A stretch of 64,000 nt of DNA from a virus, in IMG/VR virus record IMGVR_UViG_3300045988_130413, one strand, 5' to 3'. The position numbers were made by a program, and so were the translations under genes. The notes beneath the pieces were generated by a model, which saw nothing but the letters and a program-made list of their open reading frames with translations, was not told the DNA's origin and did no database searches. Positions 19,514 to 30,159 of this stretch are shown here, in pieces. Each line of letters opens with the position of its first letter. Positions within the stretch are counted from its first letter, which is position 1.

Positions 19514-21890
19514 AAATTTTTGTCACAGAAGTAATTTCACCATTCTTAATTAACTGATTACCTGTTGCAATTCTGCTTGCAAGAGGAATATCTTTTGCGG
19601 AGATACAGATTGAATTTAATTTGCCAACAACAAGAATATTATCTTCGTCCGCAACTAAAGCACCAGAAATAACTGTTCCTGTTTCTTCTGTTGGCTTATA
19701 AATAATTAAGCCTTTTCCCGCACGTTTCTGAAGAACTAATTCATCCATTTCAATCTTCTTTCCAAGACCTTTAGATGAAAAGATTGCAATGTAATCTGTC
19801 TTATTACGAACTGGTAATGCTGCAACTACAAAATCATCTTTCTTTAAAGTAATTCCTTTAACACCTGCTGTTGCTCTACCAGAAGCTGAAATCTCTCCAG
19901 AATTAATCTTAATTCCCATACCATTAGAGGTTAAAAGAACTAAATCTTCATCTTTAACAAGATTTACAGATACTAATGTATCATCCTCTTTAAGATTAAT
20001 AGCAATAATTCCAGTCTTTTTCTTTGTATTTGTATATTCCTCTAATGAAGTTTTCTTTGTAATTCCGTTCTTTGTTACAAATAATAAATACTTTGCATCA
20101 GTATCTCTATAAATAGAATAAATTAAATTAGGTTCTTCATCAGTATCCATCGCAATTAAAGACTTAATTGACTGACCTTTAGATACATTTGTACCTACTG
20201 GAATATCATTTACAAGGATACGATACATTTTTCCTTTTGTTGTAAATACCATCAGAGAATCAATAGTATTTGTGCGGATAGTAGTTTTAACAACATCACC
20301 CTGTGTTTTAACACCTTTTCCGTTTCTTCTCTGGGTTCTGAAACTTGTAGAAGGAATACGTTTAATCAAACCGTCTTCTGTCATTACAACAACGCATTTT
20401 TCTGGTTCTACATATTCAATCTCTTTTTCTTCTTTTGTGATATTTACCTGTGTGATTGTAGTTCTACGAACATCTCCATATGAGGTTTTAATCTCTGTAA
20501 AGTTCTTTTTCATTTCTGGAACTGGATTTAAAAGAATCTGATTTAATTCGCCTTCTTTAATTAATAAAGAATCTTTTTCATTCCTTATTTCAACAGACTC
20601 TAATTTTGCTAAACGAGATAATTTCATATCCAAGATTGCTTTAGACTGTGCCTCGCTAAGATTATATTTATTCATAAGAACAACTTTAGCTTCAGCCGCA
20701 CTTGCAGACTTTTTAATGAGTGAAATGATATTATCAATATCCTCTAAAGCAATAAGTAATCCTTCAAGAATATGAATTTTAGCCTGAACTTTTTCAATAT
20801 CAAATTTAGTTTTTCTTAAAAGAACATCTTTTTGATGCTCAATATAGTTTTCTAATAATTGTTTGATATTAAGAAGTCTTGGCTTTTTGTCAACCAGTGC
20901 AACTTGGTTGAATGAATACGTACTTTCAAGTCTTGTGGATTTAAAAAGTTTTGCAATAATTGGAGCTGTTGACACTCCTTTTCCCAATTCAATAACAAAC
21001 CTGACACCTTTTTGGTTTGATTCATCGCGAATCGTTGTAATGCCATTAATCTCACCTTGTTCACAAAGGTTGTCAATTTCAACAATTAAATCCTCCTTTG
21101 AAACCTTATAAGGCATTGAAGTGAAAACAATACTATCTCCGCTTTTGGAAGATTCGATTGTATATTCACCTCTTAATCTTGCACGACCTTTTCCTGTAAG
21201 ATAAGCTGTTTCAAGTTCATCTTTATTAATAAGTAATCCACCTGTTGGAAAATCTGGACCTTTAATATAGTTTAAAAGCTCTCTAATGTCGCATTCTGGA
21301 TTTTCCAAAAGATGAATAGCTGCATCCATAACTTCTGATAAATTGTGAGGTGCAAATGAACAAGCCATTGCCCATGCAATTCCAGAAGTACCATTCACGA
21401 TAAGATTTGGAACGCGGCCAGGTAAATAAACTGGTTCCTGCTCTTCATCTGTATAAGCATTCATCCAATCTACTGTATTCTTTTTAATATCAGCAAGCAT
21501 TTCTTCTCCGAGCTTAGAAAGCTTACATTCTGTATATCTGTATGCAGCCGGTTCATCACCATCTCGGCTTCCATTATTACCATGCCAAGAAATGAGTGGA
21601 TATCTCATATTCCATTCCTGTGACATCCATACTAATGCACCATAAATAGAACTATCACCATGCGGATGAAATCTACCCATTGTATCTCCGACCGGCTGAG
21701 CGCACTTTACAAATTTCTTATTATTCATAAAACCTTTATCAAACATATCATATAAGATACGTCTATTAACAGGTTTTAATCCATCTTCTGCTGAAGGTAA
21801 AGCTCGATCTGAAATGATACTCATTCCATAATCAAGTAAACTCTGTTCAATTTCATCTTTAATATTTACTTGAATAATATTCTCACTCAT
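19512..21890 (-). CDS. gyrA: type II topoisomerase subunit A (GyrA/ParC-like)
   Basis: HPHGD motif, active-site AAYRYTE, 792 aa. Confidence 0.85.
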   Translation of the reverse strand: MSENIIQVNIKDEIEQSLLDYGMSIISDRALPSAEDGLKPVNRRILYDMFDKGFMNNKKFVKCAQPVGDTMGRFHPHGDSSIYGALVWMSQEWNMRYPLISWHGNNGSRDGDEPAAYRYTECKLSKLGEEMLADIKKNTVDWMNAYTDEEQEPVYLPGRVPNLIVNGTSGIAWAMACSFAPHNLSEVMDAAIHLLENPECDIRELLNYIKGPDFPTGGLLINKDELETAYLTGKGRARLRGEYTIESSKSGDSIVFTSMPYKVSKEDLIVEIDNLCEQGEINGITTIRDESNQKGVRFVIELGKGVSTAPIIAKLFKSTRLESTYSFNQVALVDKKPRLLNIKQLLENYIEHQKDVLLRKTKFDIEKVQAKIHILEGLLIALEDIDNIISLIKKSASAAEAKVVLMNKYNLSEAQSKAILDMKLSRLAKLESVEIRNEKDSLLIKEGELNQILLNPVPEMKKNFTEIKTSYGDVRRTTITQVNITKEEKEIEYVEPEKCVVVMTEDGLIKRIPSTSFRTQRRNGKGVKTQGDVVKTTIRTNTIDSLMVFTTKGKMYRILVNDIPVGTNVSKGQSIKSLIAMDTDEEPNLIYSIYRDTDAKYLLFVTKNGITKKTSLEEYTNTKKKTGIIAINLKEDDTLVSVNLVKDEDLVLLTSNGMGIKINSGEISASGRATAGVKGITLKKDDFVVAALPVRNKTDYIAIFSSKGLGKKIEMDELVLQKRAGKGLIIYKPTEETGTVISGALVADEDNILVVGKLNSICISAKDIPLASRIATGNQLIKNGEITSVTKI

Positions 21891-22168
21891 TAAGACTCTC
21901 CCTTATCAAATAATTCTTTATAATATTGCATTTTTACATCCATCAAACTTTCATCTATAACTCTTTCTATAAAATTATAAATTGAATCAGCACTAACAAC
22001 AACATCTTCTGATGGAACATATAAATAACCAGAACCAGTATTTAAAAGAGGATTTTGTTTATGATATTCTTTCATATATTTATCATATTCTTCTTTTGTC
22101 ATAGGTTCTTCAACTGATTTAACAAATTGTAATAATTGTTTTTTTAACTGTTCTTTATTCTTATCCAT
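21890..22168 (-). CDS. hypothetical protein
   Basis: 92-aa ORF. Confidence 0.35.
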   Translation of the reverse strand: MDKNKEQLKKQLLQFVKSVEEPMTKEEYDKYMKEYHKQNPLLNTGSGYLYVPSEDVVVSADSIYNFIERVIDESLMDVKMQYYKELFDKGES

Positions 22169-22192
22169 ATATAATATATTACCATAAAAAAA

Positions 22193-22639
22193 TTAAATTG
22201 TCAAATAGTTACCAGGTTTAACCTTACCAGTTGCCAGATTATCTGCCAGCTCATTGAATGGATTTTTAGAATGTCCTTTTACTTTTACAAAAGTAACTTC
22301 AATCATTTTAGATACTTCAAAAAAAGCCTGCACAACTTCTAAATTTTCAGGCACTCTTCCATCTCCTTTAATCCATCCATTTCTTTCCCAATTATACATC
22401 CAATTTGAAAAAGTATTAATTGCATATGCAGAATCAGAGTAAATTAATACATCTTCTTTAGCTAATACTCCTTGACAGGCCGCATAAAGAATAGCTTTCA
22501 TTTCTTGCTCATTGTTAGTTGTATTATCCTGTCTACTGGAATAGGTGCTTAAAATAGTACCTTCTGTATCGACTTGAACGACCCCAAAGCCACCTGGGCC
22601 TGGATTTGGACTCGCAGAACCGTCTGTATAAAATATCAT
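22193..22639 (-). CDS. rnhA: ribonuclease HI
   Basis: MIFYTDGSASPNPGPGGFGVV, full RNase H fold length. Confidence 0.8.
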   Translation of the reverse strand: MIFYTDGSASPNPGPGGFGVVQVDTEGTILSTYSSRQDNTTNNEQEMKAILYAACQGVLAKEDVLIYSDSAYAINTFSNWMYNWERNGWIKGDGRVPENLEVVQAFFEVSKMIEVTFVKVKGHSKNPFNELADNLATGKVKPGNYLTI

Positions 22640-22641
22640 AT

Positions 22642-22881
22642 TTACTCCTTTACTTCAATGTCTGTATTACACAAATCTCCAATTACATCATTATGCGGAA
22701 AACATTGCTGCCATAGTTTAAATTGTTCAGCAACAGTATCTATATCTAAATCATATTTCATTACATCAAAATGTAAGATTACTTTGTCCCCATCTTTTAT
22801 AGGAGTTATTTTAGTAATTGCGGCCATATCTGGCTTCTGAGAAAAATCTCCAGCTAATTCAATTATCTTTTTTTCTTCCAT
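22642..22881 (-). CDS. hypothetical protein
   Basis: 79-aa ORF. Confidence 0.35.
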   Translation of the reverse strand: MEEKKIIELAGDFSQKPDMAAITKITPIKDGDKVILHFDVMKYDLDIDTVAEQFKLWQQCFPHNDVIGDLCNTDIEVKE

Positions 22882-23222
22882 TCTGTTACCTCTTTTAAAA
22901 CTGTATGTTTTTCAACTTCAGTAATATCGTCATCAAAGTCATAATAATCTTCTTGCATTTCTGTTAAACCTCTGTCATAGCAAACAGAAAAATAGCGTCC
23001 ATTAATACAAATAATTCCTTCTACAATTTGATTCCATCTGCGAGGTTCATCATATGACTCATCTGATAATCCATATTCCCATATAAGAAATTGAGTTATT
23101 GTGCCATAATCATAAGCTTCATTAAAATTATTTTTAGGCTTGCCCGCATCATACCACTTTAAAAATTGGGATTCAAAGTGTTCTGACTCTTCTGGTACAA
23201 ATTCAAATATTTTTGCTTCCAT
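22863..23222 (-). CDS. hypothetical protein
   Basis: 119-aa ORF with AAGAGG RBS. Confidence 0.4.
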   Translation of the reverse strand: MEAKIFEFVPEESEHFESQFLKWYDAGKPKNNFNEAYDYGTITQFLIWEYGLSDESYDEPRRWNQIVEGIICINGRYFSVCYDRGLTEMQEDYYDFDDDITEVEKHTVLKEVTEWKKKR

Positions 23223-23386
23223 TTAATAACCTCTTTAGCTTTTAAATATTCTTTCCACACTTTTGGAGTTACATGTATCCAGCCGTCTTCAACTCCAACG
23301 GCCAGATACATTGCATCATTATACGTCAATATTTGCTCTCCACGCATTCTCTTCGATAAATTTCTTTCTATAAACAACTGACTCAC
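23159..23386 (-). CDS. hypothetical protein (overlaps gyrB exon 2 in another frame)
   Basis: 75-aa ORF; may be spurious given overlap with exon 2. Confidence 0.25.
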   Translation of the reverse strand: MSQLFIERNLSKRMRGEQILTYNDAMYLAVGVEDGWIHVTPKVWKEYLKAKEVIKWKQKYLNLYQKSQNTLNPNF

Positions 23387-23507
23387 CCATCAATCCCATG
23401 AAAGTTTTAGCAGCTTCTTCTGCATCTTCCATACATATCTGTTTAAGAGTTCTGGTTTCTGGATTCATAACTGTTTCAGCCATTTCGGACGGGTCCATCT
23501 CACCTAC
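23320..23507 (-). CDS. gyrB: type II topoisomerase ATPase subunit (GyrB/ParE-like), exon 2 (C-terminal 61 codons)
   Basis: Translation (L)GEMDPSEMAETVMNPETRTLKQICMEDAEEAAKTFMGLMGESVVYRKKFIEENAWRANIDV aligns with GyrB C-terminus [22 protein letters not shown]...[25 protein letters not shown]. Confidence 0.7.
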
Positions 23508-24539
23508 GTATTACTCCAATGTCACCATTGGTACTGACTATTTCTTCACTCCGGCTAACGTATTAACTGCCTTCATCATGTCCACCTTTTTGAAATACGT
23601 ATCAATAGTATTTCTACTTCCCGACAAAGGGAATAGTCGATACAGGCTTAAACTATAATTTTTTTCCAGTTTCTATAAGACCAAACATTTTCAAAAGATT
23701 TATAAGTTAATTTGTCAGAATAATCATTGTAAACGGAAGATAACTGCTCTCCATTTTTCTTTCTTAAGCGAATATTTTTAACATCTTCTTCTGTTAATTT
23801 AGACCTTCCGTTTTTAGAACCTACATTTGAAGTATTATGAGCATGAAAATCTTTATTTTCTTTTGTATAAACTTCTGGCATTATTGTTTTCCATGTTGAA
23901 CCATTCCAAATTTTATGAAAGCCAGATTCCCCAATTAAATGAGCATATAATAAATAAACGTCTTTTTTTCTTTCGTGATTTTTATATCTCGTTCTAATAT
24001 CAATCACATCCTTTTCAGTTAATTTATGACTTGGATGACATTCACCTGCATTAAATTGTCCTCCTGGAGTCATATTATATTGATTAGGATATGTACTATA
24101 ATATCCAATCCAATATTGTTCTTTATCATTTAATTCTTCTTTTTTGCATTCTTCTAAAACGGAAAAATCAAAATTTTGTAATCCAAATTGAATAAATGCT
24201 TTATAAAGACTTTTATTAGATTCTCTTGCCCAATTTGTAGGATTTTTATGTTCTATAAATCTTTCTTCTATTTGAGTGCTTTGTCCAATATAAGCATCTC
24301 CATTAATTTTGTTTGTTATCTTATAAATTCCTATCATATTGAATACCTCACATAATAAAATGTAAGATAATCTCTTATAGTTTTTTCCCACGAGATTATC
24401 TCCAAGAATATTTAAGTTTTATCCATTTCAGGATTTCCTGAAATACCCAAAATATTTTGAAGACTGCCTCGTTAGCTATTATCTAAGATAATAACCCCTC
24501 TGATTAGAGGAAAAGTGGATAAGGGCCAGACTATCTCTT
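23508..24539 (-). mobile_element. group I intron (1032 nt) in gyrB-like gene, carrying a GIY-YIG homing endonuclease ORF
   Basis: 5' exon ends in U; intron IGS GCCCUU 12 nt downstream pairs with exon AAGGGU (G-U at splice site); intron ends in G before TAGGTGAG; structured GC-richer flanks; splicing restores RMKG-L-GEMD (RYKGLGEMN motif). Confidence 0.65.
23648..24391 (-). CDS. GIY-YIG homing endonuclease (I-TevI-like, NUMOD repeats), intron-encoded
   Basis: IGIYKITNKINGDAYIGQSTQIEERFIEH..., repeated HKLTEKDVIDIR / SKLTEEDVKNIR. Confidence 0.75.
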   Translation of the reverse strand: MGKNYKRLSYILLCEVFNMIGIYKITNKINGDAYIGQSTQIEERFIEHKNPTNWARESNKSLYKAFIQFGLQNFDFSVLEECKKEELNDKEQYWIGYYSTYPNQYNMTPGGQFNAGECHPSHKLTEKDVIDIRTRYKNHERKKDVYLLYAHLIGESGFHKIWNGSTWKTIMPEVYTKENKDFHAHNTSNVGSKNGRSKLTEEDVKNIRLRKKNGEQLSSVYNDYSDKLTYKSFENVWSYRNWKKIIV

Positions 24540-26250
24540 ACCCTTTCATACGACCCAGCTCAAAAGATTTTTTAGTTGTCTTTCTGAACTCCTCAAGAGC
24601 CGCATCATCTTTCAGATAAGTAATCTTAGTTCCTTGTGTAACTTTATACAGTGGAGGAACTGCCGCAAAAATATATCCATCTTCAATTAACTGCGGAGCA
24701 AATTTCCAAATGAAAGTCAAAAATAATGCTCTAATGTGGCTACCATCAACATCCGCATCGGCTGTAATAACAATTTTACCATAACGCAGTTTATCTTTAT
24801 TTACAATTACTTTTCCGTCCTTAATTTCAAGTCCAAAAGCAGTAATCATACCATCAATTTCTGCGTTCTTTAACGCCTTCGCAAGGTCTGCCTTCAATAC
24901 GTTAAGAATCTTTCCTCTTACGGGGAACACAGCCTGGGTAGCTCTATCCCTGGCTTCTTTTGTTGAACCGGCCGCAGATTTTCCCTCTACAATAAACACT
25001 TCACAAGAAGCTCTATTTCGAGAACTCGCATCTGCTAATGTACCAGGCATTACTGCTCTTTTCTTCACATCTGCTTTACGAACTGTTTCTTTAGCTTTTT
25101 TAGCTTTCTCTCGTGCGGCACGTGCTAATAAAGCCTTATTAATAATTGCTTTTGCATCATTAGGATGACTGTCAAGCCAAATTGCAATCTCTTTTGATAC
25201 CAGCTTCTGGACCATTGTACGTCCTTCACTTGAATCAAGTTTCTCTTTTGTCTGACCTGAAAAGACTGGGTCTGGCATCACAAAAGAAAGAACTAATACA
25301 AGACCTTCTTTTAACTCATCTCCTACAATATTAGAATCCTTCTCTTTAAGAAGTTTATTCTCTCTTGCATAATTATTAATTGCAGAAGTTAATGCAGTTC
25401 TAAATCCAGTAAGATGAGTTCCAGCTGTATTTGGAATTGAGTTTGTATATAATTTATAAGTATCAGTATAACTATCGTTATACAGCATTGCTAATTTTAC
25501 ACCAATTCTATCTTCGGAAGCTTCGGCATAAAAAACAGATGTAATAGTATTTTTCTTTTTATTCAAATCTTGAATATAATCCAGAATACCATTCTGAGAA
25601 ACAATTACATCTTCAGCTTTGTCTTTATATTTTAATGTAAAAGTTAATCCAGGAGAAAGATATGCTAATTCCTGAATCTGTCTTTTTAATTCTTCATAAT
25701 CAAGTGAAATTTCTTCTTTAAAAATCTCAATATCTGGATGAAAAATAATTGTTGTTCCAGTATCTTTTCCCGCATACTTTTCAACCTTAAAATCTTTTCT
25801 TTCACCTTTTTCAAATGTCATTGTTGCAATTTTACCATCTCTTTTGGAAGTGACAATAAATTTATCAGACAATGCATTTGTCGCTTTTGCACCAACACCA
25901 TTCATACCACCAGATGTATTATATCCAGTTTTACCAGAACTATCAAATTTAGCTCCTGTATGAAGTTTTGTAAAAATATTTTCAAGAGTTTCTGAACCGT
26001 CTGCCGCCTTTCCAAAAGGAACACCACGTCCATCATCAGAAACTTTTACCATGTCATCTTCTGTTACTTCAATATTACACTTTGTACAATATCCGTTTAA
26101 ATACTCATCAATTACGTTAGAAATAATTTCAAGAGTAATATGTCTAACTCCATCTGGTCCGATTGAGCCTATATACATACCAGGTCTAAGCCTGATGGCT
26201 TCGATACCTTCCAAAGTTTTTATGTCTTTTACACCATAATTCTCAGACAT
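24540..26250 (-). CDS. gyrB: type II topoisomerase ATPase subunit (GyrB/ParE-like), exon 1
   Basis: GHKL ATPase and TOPRIM domains; ends ...PPLYKVTQGTKITYLKDDAALEEF...GRMKG at the 5' splice site. Confidence 0.85.
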
Positions 26251-26300
26251 ATAAATCTCCTTTCAGTTTTAAAATCATCATTTTTTCTTATCATACATAT

Positions 26301-26329
26301 ATTATAGCATAAAAAAATAATAAAATCAA
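26301..26329 (-). promoter_or_regulatory. consensus phage promoter (TTGATT-17-TATAAT) upstream of gyrB
   Basis: Member of a >20-copy conserved motif. Confidence 0.55.
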
Positions 26330-26361
26330 TTCTTAAAATTTTAGTTACGGTCAAAAAAAAA

Positions 26362-26394
26362 TACCCTAAAAGAGAAAAATCTTCTCTTTTAGGG
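26362..26394 (-). terminator. hairpin terminator after holin-like gene
   Basis: ACCCTAAAAGAGA-loop-TCTCTTTTAGGGT. Confidence 0.5.
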
Positions 26395-26405
26395 TTAAAA
26401 ATCAA

Positions 26406-26807
26406 TTATCCTTTAGCTTTATCTTCATCAATTTGACGCATTGCTGCTTCATATATAATACCGCCTGCGGTATTCTCTTTTGCGGACTTCAATGCATAGA
26501 CCGCATATCCTACGACCTCACTCACGACCGCACCTATTAATGCTACTAATGGAGTAAAGTCTGGATTCGCCATGGTAAGAGTTGTTAAATCAAGGCTCTT
26601 TAAAGTTACAAAGCCTGTGAAAAGTTCTATAATTGTGCAATTTATAAACAAGAAAAGAATAAGGAGTTTTGAAGTAGATATTTTAGGAAGGAATTGTTTT
26701 TTAAATTCTCTTTTTTCTTGTTTTAATTTATACTTTCTTTCAAGAACTTCTTTTTCTCTTTGCCAGCGATGTTCTTTAATAGTTATATCACGTTCTTCTT
26801 TAGTCAT
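26406..26807 (-). CDS. putative holin / small membrane protein
   Basis: Two predicted TM helices, immediately downstream of endolysin. Confidence 0.4.
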   Translation of the reverse strand: MTKEERDITIKEHRWQREKEVLERKYKLKQEKREFKKQFLPKISTSKLLILFLFINCTIIELFTGFVTLKSLDLTTLTMANPDFTPLVALIGAVVSEVVGYAVYALKSAKENTAGGIIYEAAMRQIDEDKAKG

Positions 26808-26809
26808 AA

Positions 26810-28540
26810 TTATTTACGTAAATATGTACTTGAAGCAAATCCTGTATAAGTTACGTTCTTATATGTGAATTGGACATACAGCCATTTACAACCATTGCTA
26901 ACTGAGTAATATCCATAATTAGCTACTTTTGTTCCTTTTGGAATTGTAACCATAAGAGCTTTAGATGTACCTGCTCCATGGCGGATATTTAAATCAGCTG
27001 TTGTACGATATGTACCTGCAAGAGATTTATTGAATCCAGTTGCACCTTCTTTTGCAGTCATACTTTTTTTACTACTGGATGGTTTTGGTTTAGTGGCTGT
27101 AGGAGCCTTCTTTTTAGCTACATATGAATAATAGGTTTTAGTAGAATTAGAAGTATAAGCATAGCCGCATGAAGCACCTGGCCATACAATTTTATACCAA
27201 CCATTAGATAAAATTTCTAATACTTCTACTTTAGTTCCTTTGGAAATAGTTCCATAAGAAGAGCTATTTGTATTGGAATTACTTCTAATATTCATCTCGG
27301 TTTTTGCTGTTGCAGTACCAATTCCCTTTCCAACATAAGTCATATTAGTTTTTGCTGGAGCTGGGCTTGATTGTGGTGAGTTAGAATTAGCTGCTAAACG
27401 TCCTCTTGTAACATTTGTCGCTGTATGATGAGCATCATTAAGTAAAACATCTCCAGGAAGTAAATAATCATATCCAGAAAGATATTTATCTGCGGTTAAG
27501 ACTGTGAATCCAGCAGCCTTAAAACCGGCTCTCATATCGCCTGTATAGCTTGCACTAATATTTTGTAAAGCTGGAATACCAAGTAAATATCCTACTGCTC
27601 TAATATTAGCAATTACACCTGCAGAACAATCTGCTTCACATGCGATAGTAATTTGAGCAGGGTCATAGTTAGATGCTTTTAAATGAGCCCAATAAGTATC
27701 TCTCTCATATTGGTCATAACCAACTAAATTATTAAGAGCTGCGGCACAGCTTAATTCAGCCATTTTTTGACCTACTCTTGGGTCTTTTTCATATCTTAAT
27801 ACGCAGTTCCATGGTCTATTATACCAAGAACGTAAGTACCATTCTCTACCAGTCTGGTCACCAGCTCTTCCACTATGATATACACCATTTTCATCTGAAC
27901 CTGAATTAGAAATATAGTGAGTGCCAGTAGAATTAATATAGTTATTATAATTTGCCACTATTGAGTTTCCTCCTTTATTAGATGCATATGCATCATAATA
28001 CCTCTGACCATATTTAGCTCTTGTTGCTTTAACAGTTTCACCTGTATTAGCAGGACATTCAAAACGAGTTAAGACCATATCAGAAGCTTGTCTTACGCTT
28101 GTTGCATTTTTTAAAGTTGATAAAACTGTAGAATAATTATTTTTTAATTCAGTTATAAGCCATTGCAATTGAATTAATTCATTGCCAATAGAAGCTTGTT
28201 TCATTTTTGCTAAATCGTATAATCCTGCTTTACGACCTGGACTTGTCCATTGGCAAAGCCCATATCCGTATTGCTTATTAGGGAGTGGATGCAGAAAAGT
28301 TTCTCTTGAAATTTTTCCATTATCAACTGCCGCAGTATAAGTAGAATCGTTCCATACTTGACCATGTTCTTTTAATCTATTTAAGCATAAAACTTCTACT
28401 CTATTTGGAATCATACCAGATTCAGCATAGATGTTACCCATTAATCCGGCAACACCATATGGGTTATTAATTTCTTTAATTAGATAATTCCAAATATTTT
28501 TTTCAATTGAAGCCATATTTATATAAACCTCCTCTTCCAA
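26810..28540 (-). CDS. endolysin / peptidoglycan hydrolase with C-terminal SH3b-like cell-wall binding repeats
   Basis: N-terminal lysozyme-like motif GLMGNIYAESG; two C-terminal SH3b-like repeats (NGWYKIV..., GCKWLYVQF...). Confidence 0.6.
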   Translation of the reverse strand: MEEEVYINMASIEKNIWNYLIKEINNPYGVAGLMGNIYAESGMIPNRVEVLCLNRLKEHGQVWNDSTYTAAVDNGKISRETFLHPLPNKQYGYGLCQWTSPGRKAGLYDLAKMKQASIGNELIQLQWLITELKNNYSTVLSTLKNATSVRQASDMVLTRFECPANTGETVKATRAKYGQRYYDAYASNKGGNSIVANYNNYINSTGTHYISNSGSDENGVYHSGRAGDQTGREWYLRSWYNRPWNCVLRYEKDPRVGQKMAELSCAAALNNLVGYDQYERDTYWAHLKASNYDPAQITIACEADCSAGVIANIRAVGYLLGIPALQNISASYTGDMRAGFKAAGFTVLTADKYLSGYDYLLPGDVLLNDAHHTATNVTRGRLAANSNSPQSSPAPAKTNMTYVGKGIGTATAKTEMNIRSNSNTNSSSYGTISKGTKVEVLEILSNGWYKIVWPGASCGYAYTSNSTKTYYSYVAKKKAPTATKPKPSSSKKSMTAKEGATGFNKSLAGTYRTTADLNIRHGAGTSKALMVTIPKGTKVANYGYYSVSNGCKWLYVQFTYKNVTYTGFASSTYLRK

Positions 28541-28585
28541 AATATCTTCTTCAAAGGTTTTAACATGTTTCCATTATAAATAAAA

Positions 28586-28617
28586 AAACCAGAAGAGATA
28601 TTAATCTCTTCTGGTTT
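28586..28617 (-). terminator. hairpin terminator
   Basis: AAACCAGAAGAGAT-loop-ATCTCTTCTGGTTT. Confidence 0.5.
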
Positions 28618-28620
28618 ATA

Positions 28621-29868
28621 TTACATTCTTTCTGCAATTTTAGCAATTTTAGAACGATGAATCATTTTTAATTCAATTTCGCCATATATATCTTCGCCTC
28701 GATAGACCTTTGATACTCGTCTCATACCATTATTATTTCCGGCAAATGCAATGTCATCAACTTGCGTTTTTTCATCTCCATCTATAATACATACGCTATC
28801 TTCACCAATTCTTTGTAAAGCAAGTTTCATAAGTGTAATATCAAGATTTTGAGCTTCTGAAATATATATCCCAGCATTCATTCCAGTAGTGTCATAACCT
28901 CTAATATCAGAGAATGGAAGTAAAACAATTTGTTCTTCATCCATTAATCTTTCTAATTCAATTCGACTTCCTATTTTACTTGCAAGGACATTTCCAATTT
29001 GTGAATCTAAAAGTTTTTCATCTTTAGTACCTGGTAAATATCCTAATTTAGCAGAATTTTTTGTAGCAACTGTATTACAGAAAATAATAATTTTATCAAT
29101 CTTACCACGCTCTAATTGACTCATTAAGTATCCAAGAGATAGGTATGTTTTACCTGAGCCCGCAGGTCCTTTTACCAGAGTTATTTTGTTATTTGTAAAA
29201 CTATCTGCGACAAGTGTCTGATAAATATCTCCTTTAAGCGGTTTAACTTCACCGAACCATTTAGAATTAAAGCTTCTAAATTGAGTATGGCGATATTCAG
29301 AGCCTGTCCATACAGCAGAATCAACTGGTTTTCCATCTTTGTCTTTTACAATGATATATTCATTTACTTTTAAATTATAAATATTTTCAGTAGGATTAGA
29401 ATAAAAATTAGACATCATTTCATCATCCATTATAATCTCTTTATATCCACTGTAATCATCTTTTGGAGGATATATAGACATAATACATTGCACTGGTAAA
29501 AATGCGGTAGCAGTAACTTTTAAAGTCAAATCATTCGTTACAAAGAAAAAATCTTCTCTCTCGCTTATTTTTAAATTATTAAAATAAGAATATGCAGTCG
29601 CTAAAATTTTAATATCATTATTTACTTCAAATCCTTTTTCAGTAAAAGGATAAATAAAAAATGTTTTATATAATACAACTTCATATTTTGCGGGATTCGC
29701 ATTTAAAAAAGATAGGATTTTTCTTGCAATATATTTAACTTCAGAATCTTTAGAAGTTGATGTTTTAATCTTCTCAAGTTCCGCTAATGTAATAGAAGAT
29801 ATGATGAACTTCTCTTCTGGCATAGTTTCAAAGTTATCTAATAATGCACATGTGTCATAAAATTTCAT
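28621..29868 (-). CDS. phoH: PhoH-like ATPase with N-terminal PIN domain
   Basis: GPAGSGKTYLS, IYISEAQNLD...CIIDGD PhoH motifs. Confidence 0.7.
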   Translation of the reverse strand: MKFYDTCALLDNFETMPEEKFIISSITLAELEKIKTSTSKDSEVKYIARKILSFLNANPAKYEVVLYKTFFIYPFTEKGFEVNNDIKILATAYSYFNNLKISEREDFFFVTNDLTLKVTATAFLPVQCIMSIYPPKDDYSGYKEIIMDDEMMSNFYSNPTENIYNLKVNEYIIVKDKDGKPVDSAVWTGSEYRHTQFRSFNSKWFGEVKPLKGDIYQTLVADSFTNNKITLVKGPAGSGKTYLSLGYLMSQLERGKIDKIIIFCNTVATKNSAKLGYLPGTKDEKLLDSQIGNVLASKIGSRIELERLMDEEQIVLLPFSDIRGYDTTGMNAGIYISEAQNLDITLMKLALQRIGEDSVCIIDGDEKTQVDDIAFAGNNNGMRRVSKVYRGEDIYGEIELKMIHRSKIAKIAERM

Positions 29869-30113
29869 TCGTCTTCCTCTTCTTCCTCTGGTTCATTATT
29901 TTGTACTACAAATCCAATGGCGTGTGTATTTTCTGGCTCAAGTTCTTCTGCCATCTTTTGGATTTGTATATTATATTTAGAAATTGTCATGTTTAGTTTA
30001 CCTTTGGCAACCTCTAAAGCAGTGACAATTACTATTGTTAGAGCCTCTATTACAGGAATTATTAATTCAATAAAAATTATTCCTAAAATAAAAAATATTA
30101 AGTTTTGAATCAT
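29865..30113 (-). CDS. small membrane protein with acidic tail
   Basis: TM segment, C-terminal EEEEDE. Confidence 0.35.
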   Translation of the reverse strand: MIQNLIFFILGIIFIELIIPVIEALTIVIVTALEVAKGKLNMTISKYNIQIQKMAEELEPENTHAIGFVVQNNEPEEEEEDE

Positions 30114-30159
30114 TCGTTCCTCCTTTTTAACTCCTTATATATATTTGAAAATAGAGAGA

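Noticed and set aside
23398-23658. 86-aa plus-strand ORF
   Set aside because: Falls in the 3' part of the gyrB group I intron and exon 2; antisense to the real coding sequence.
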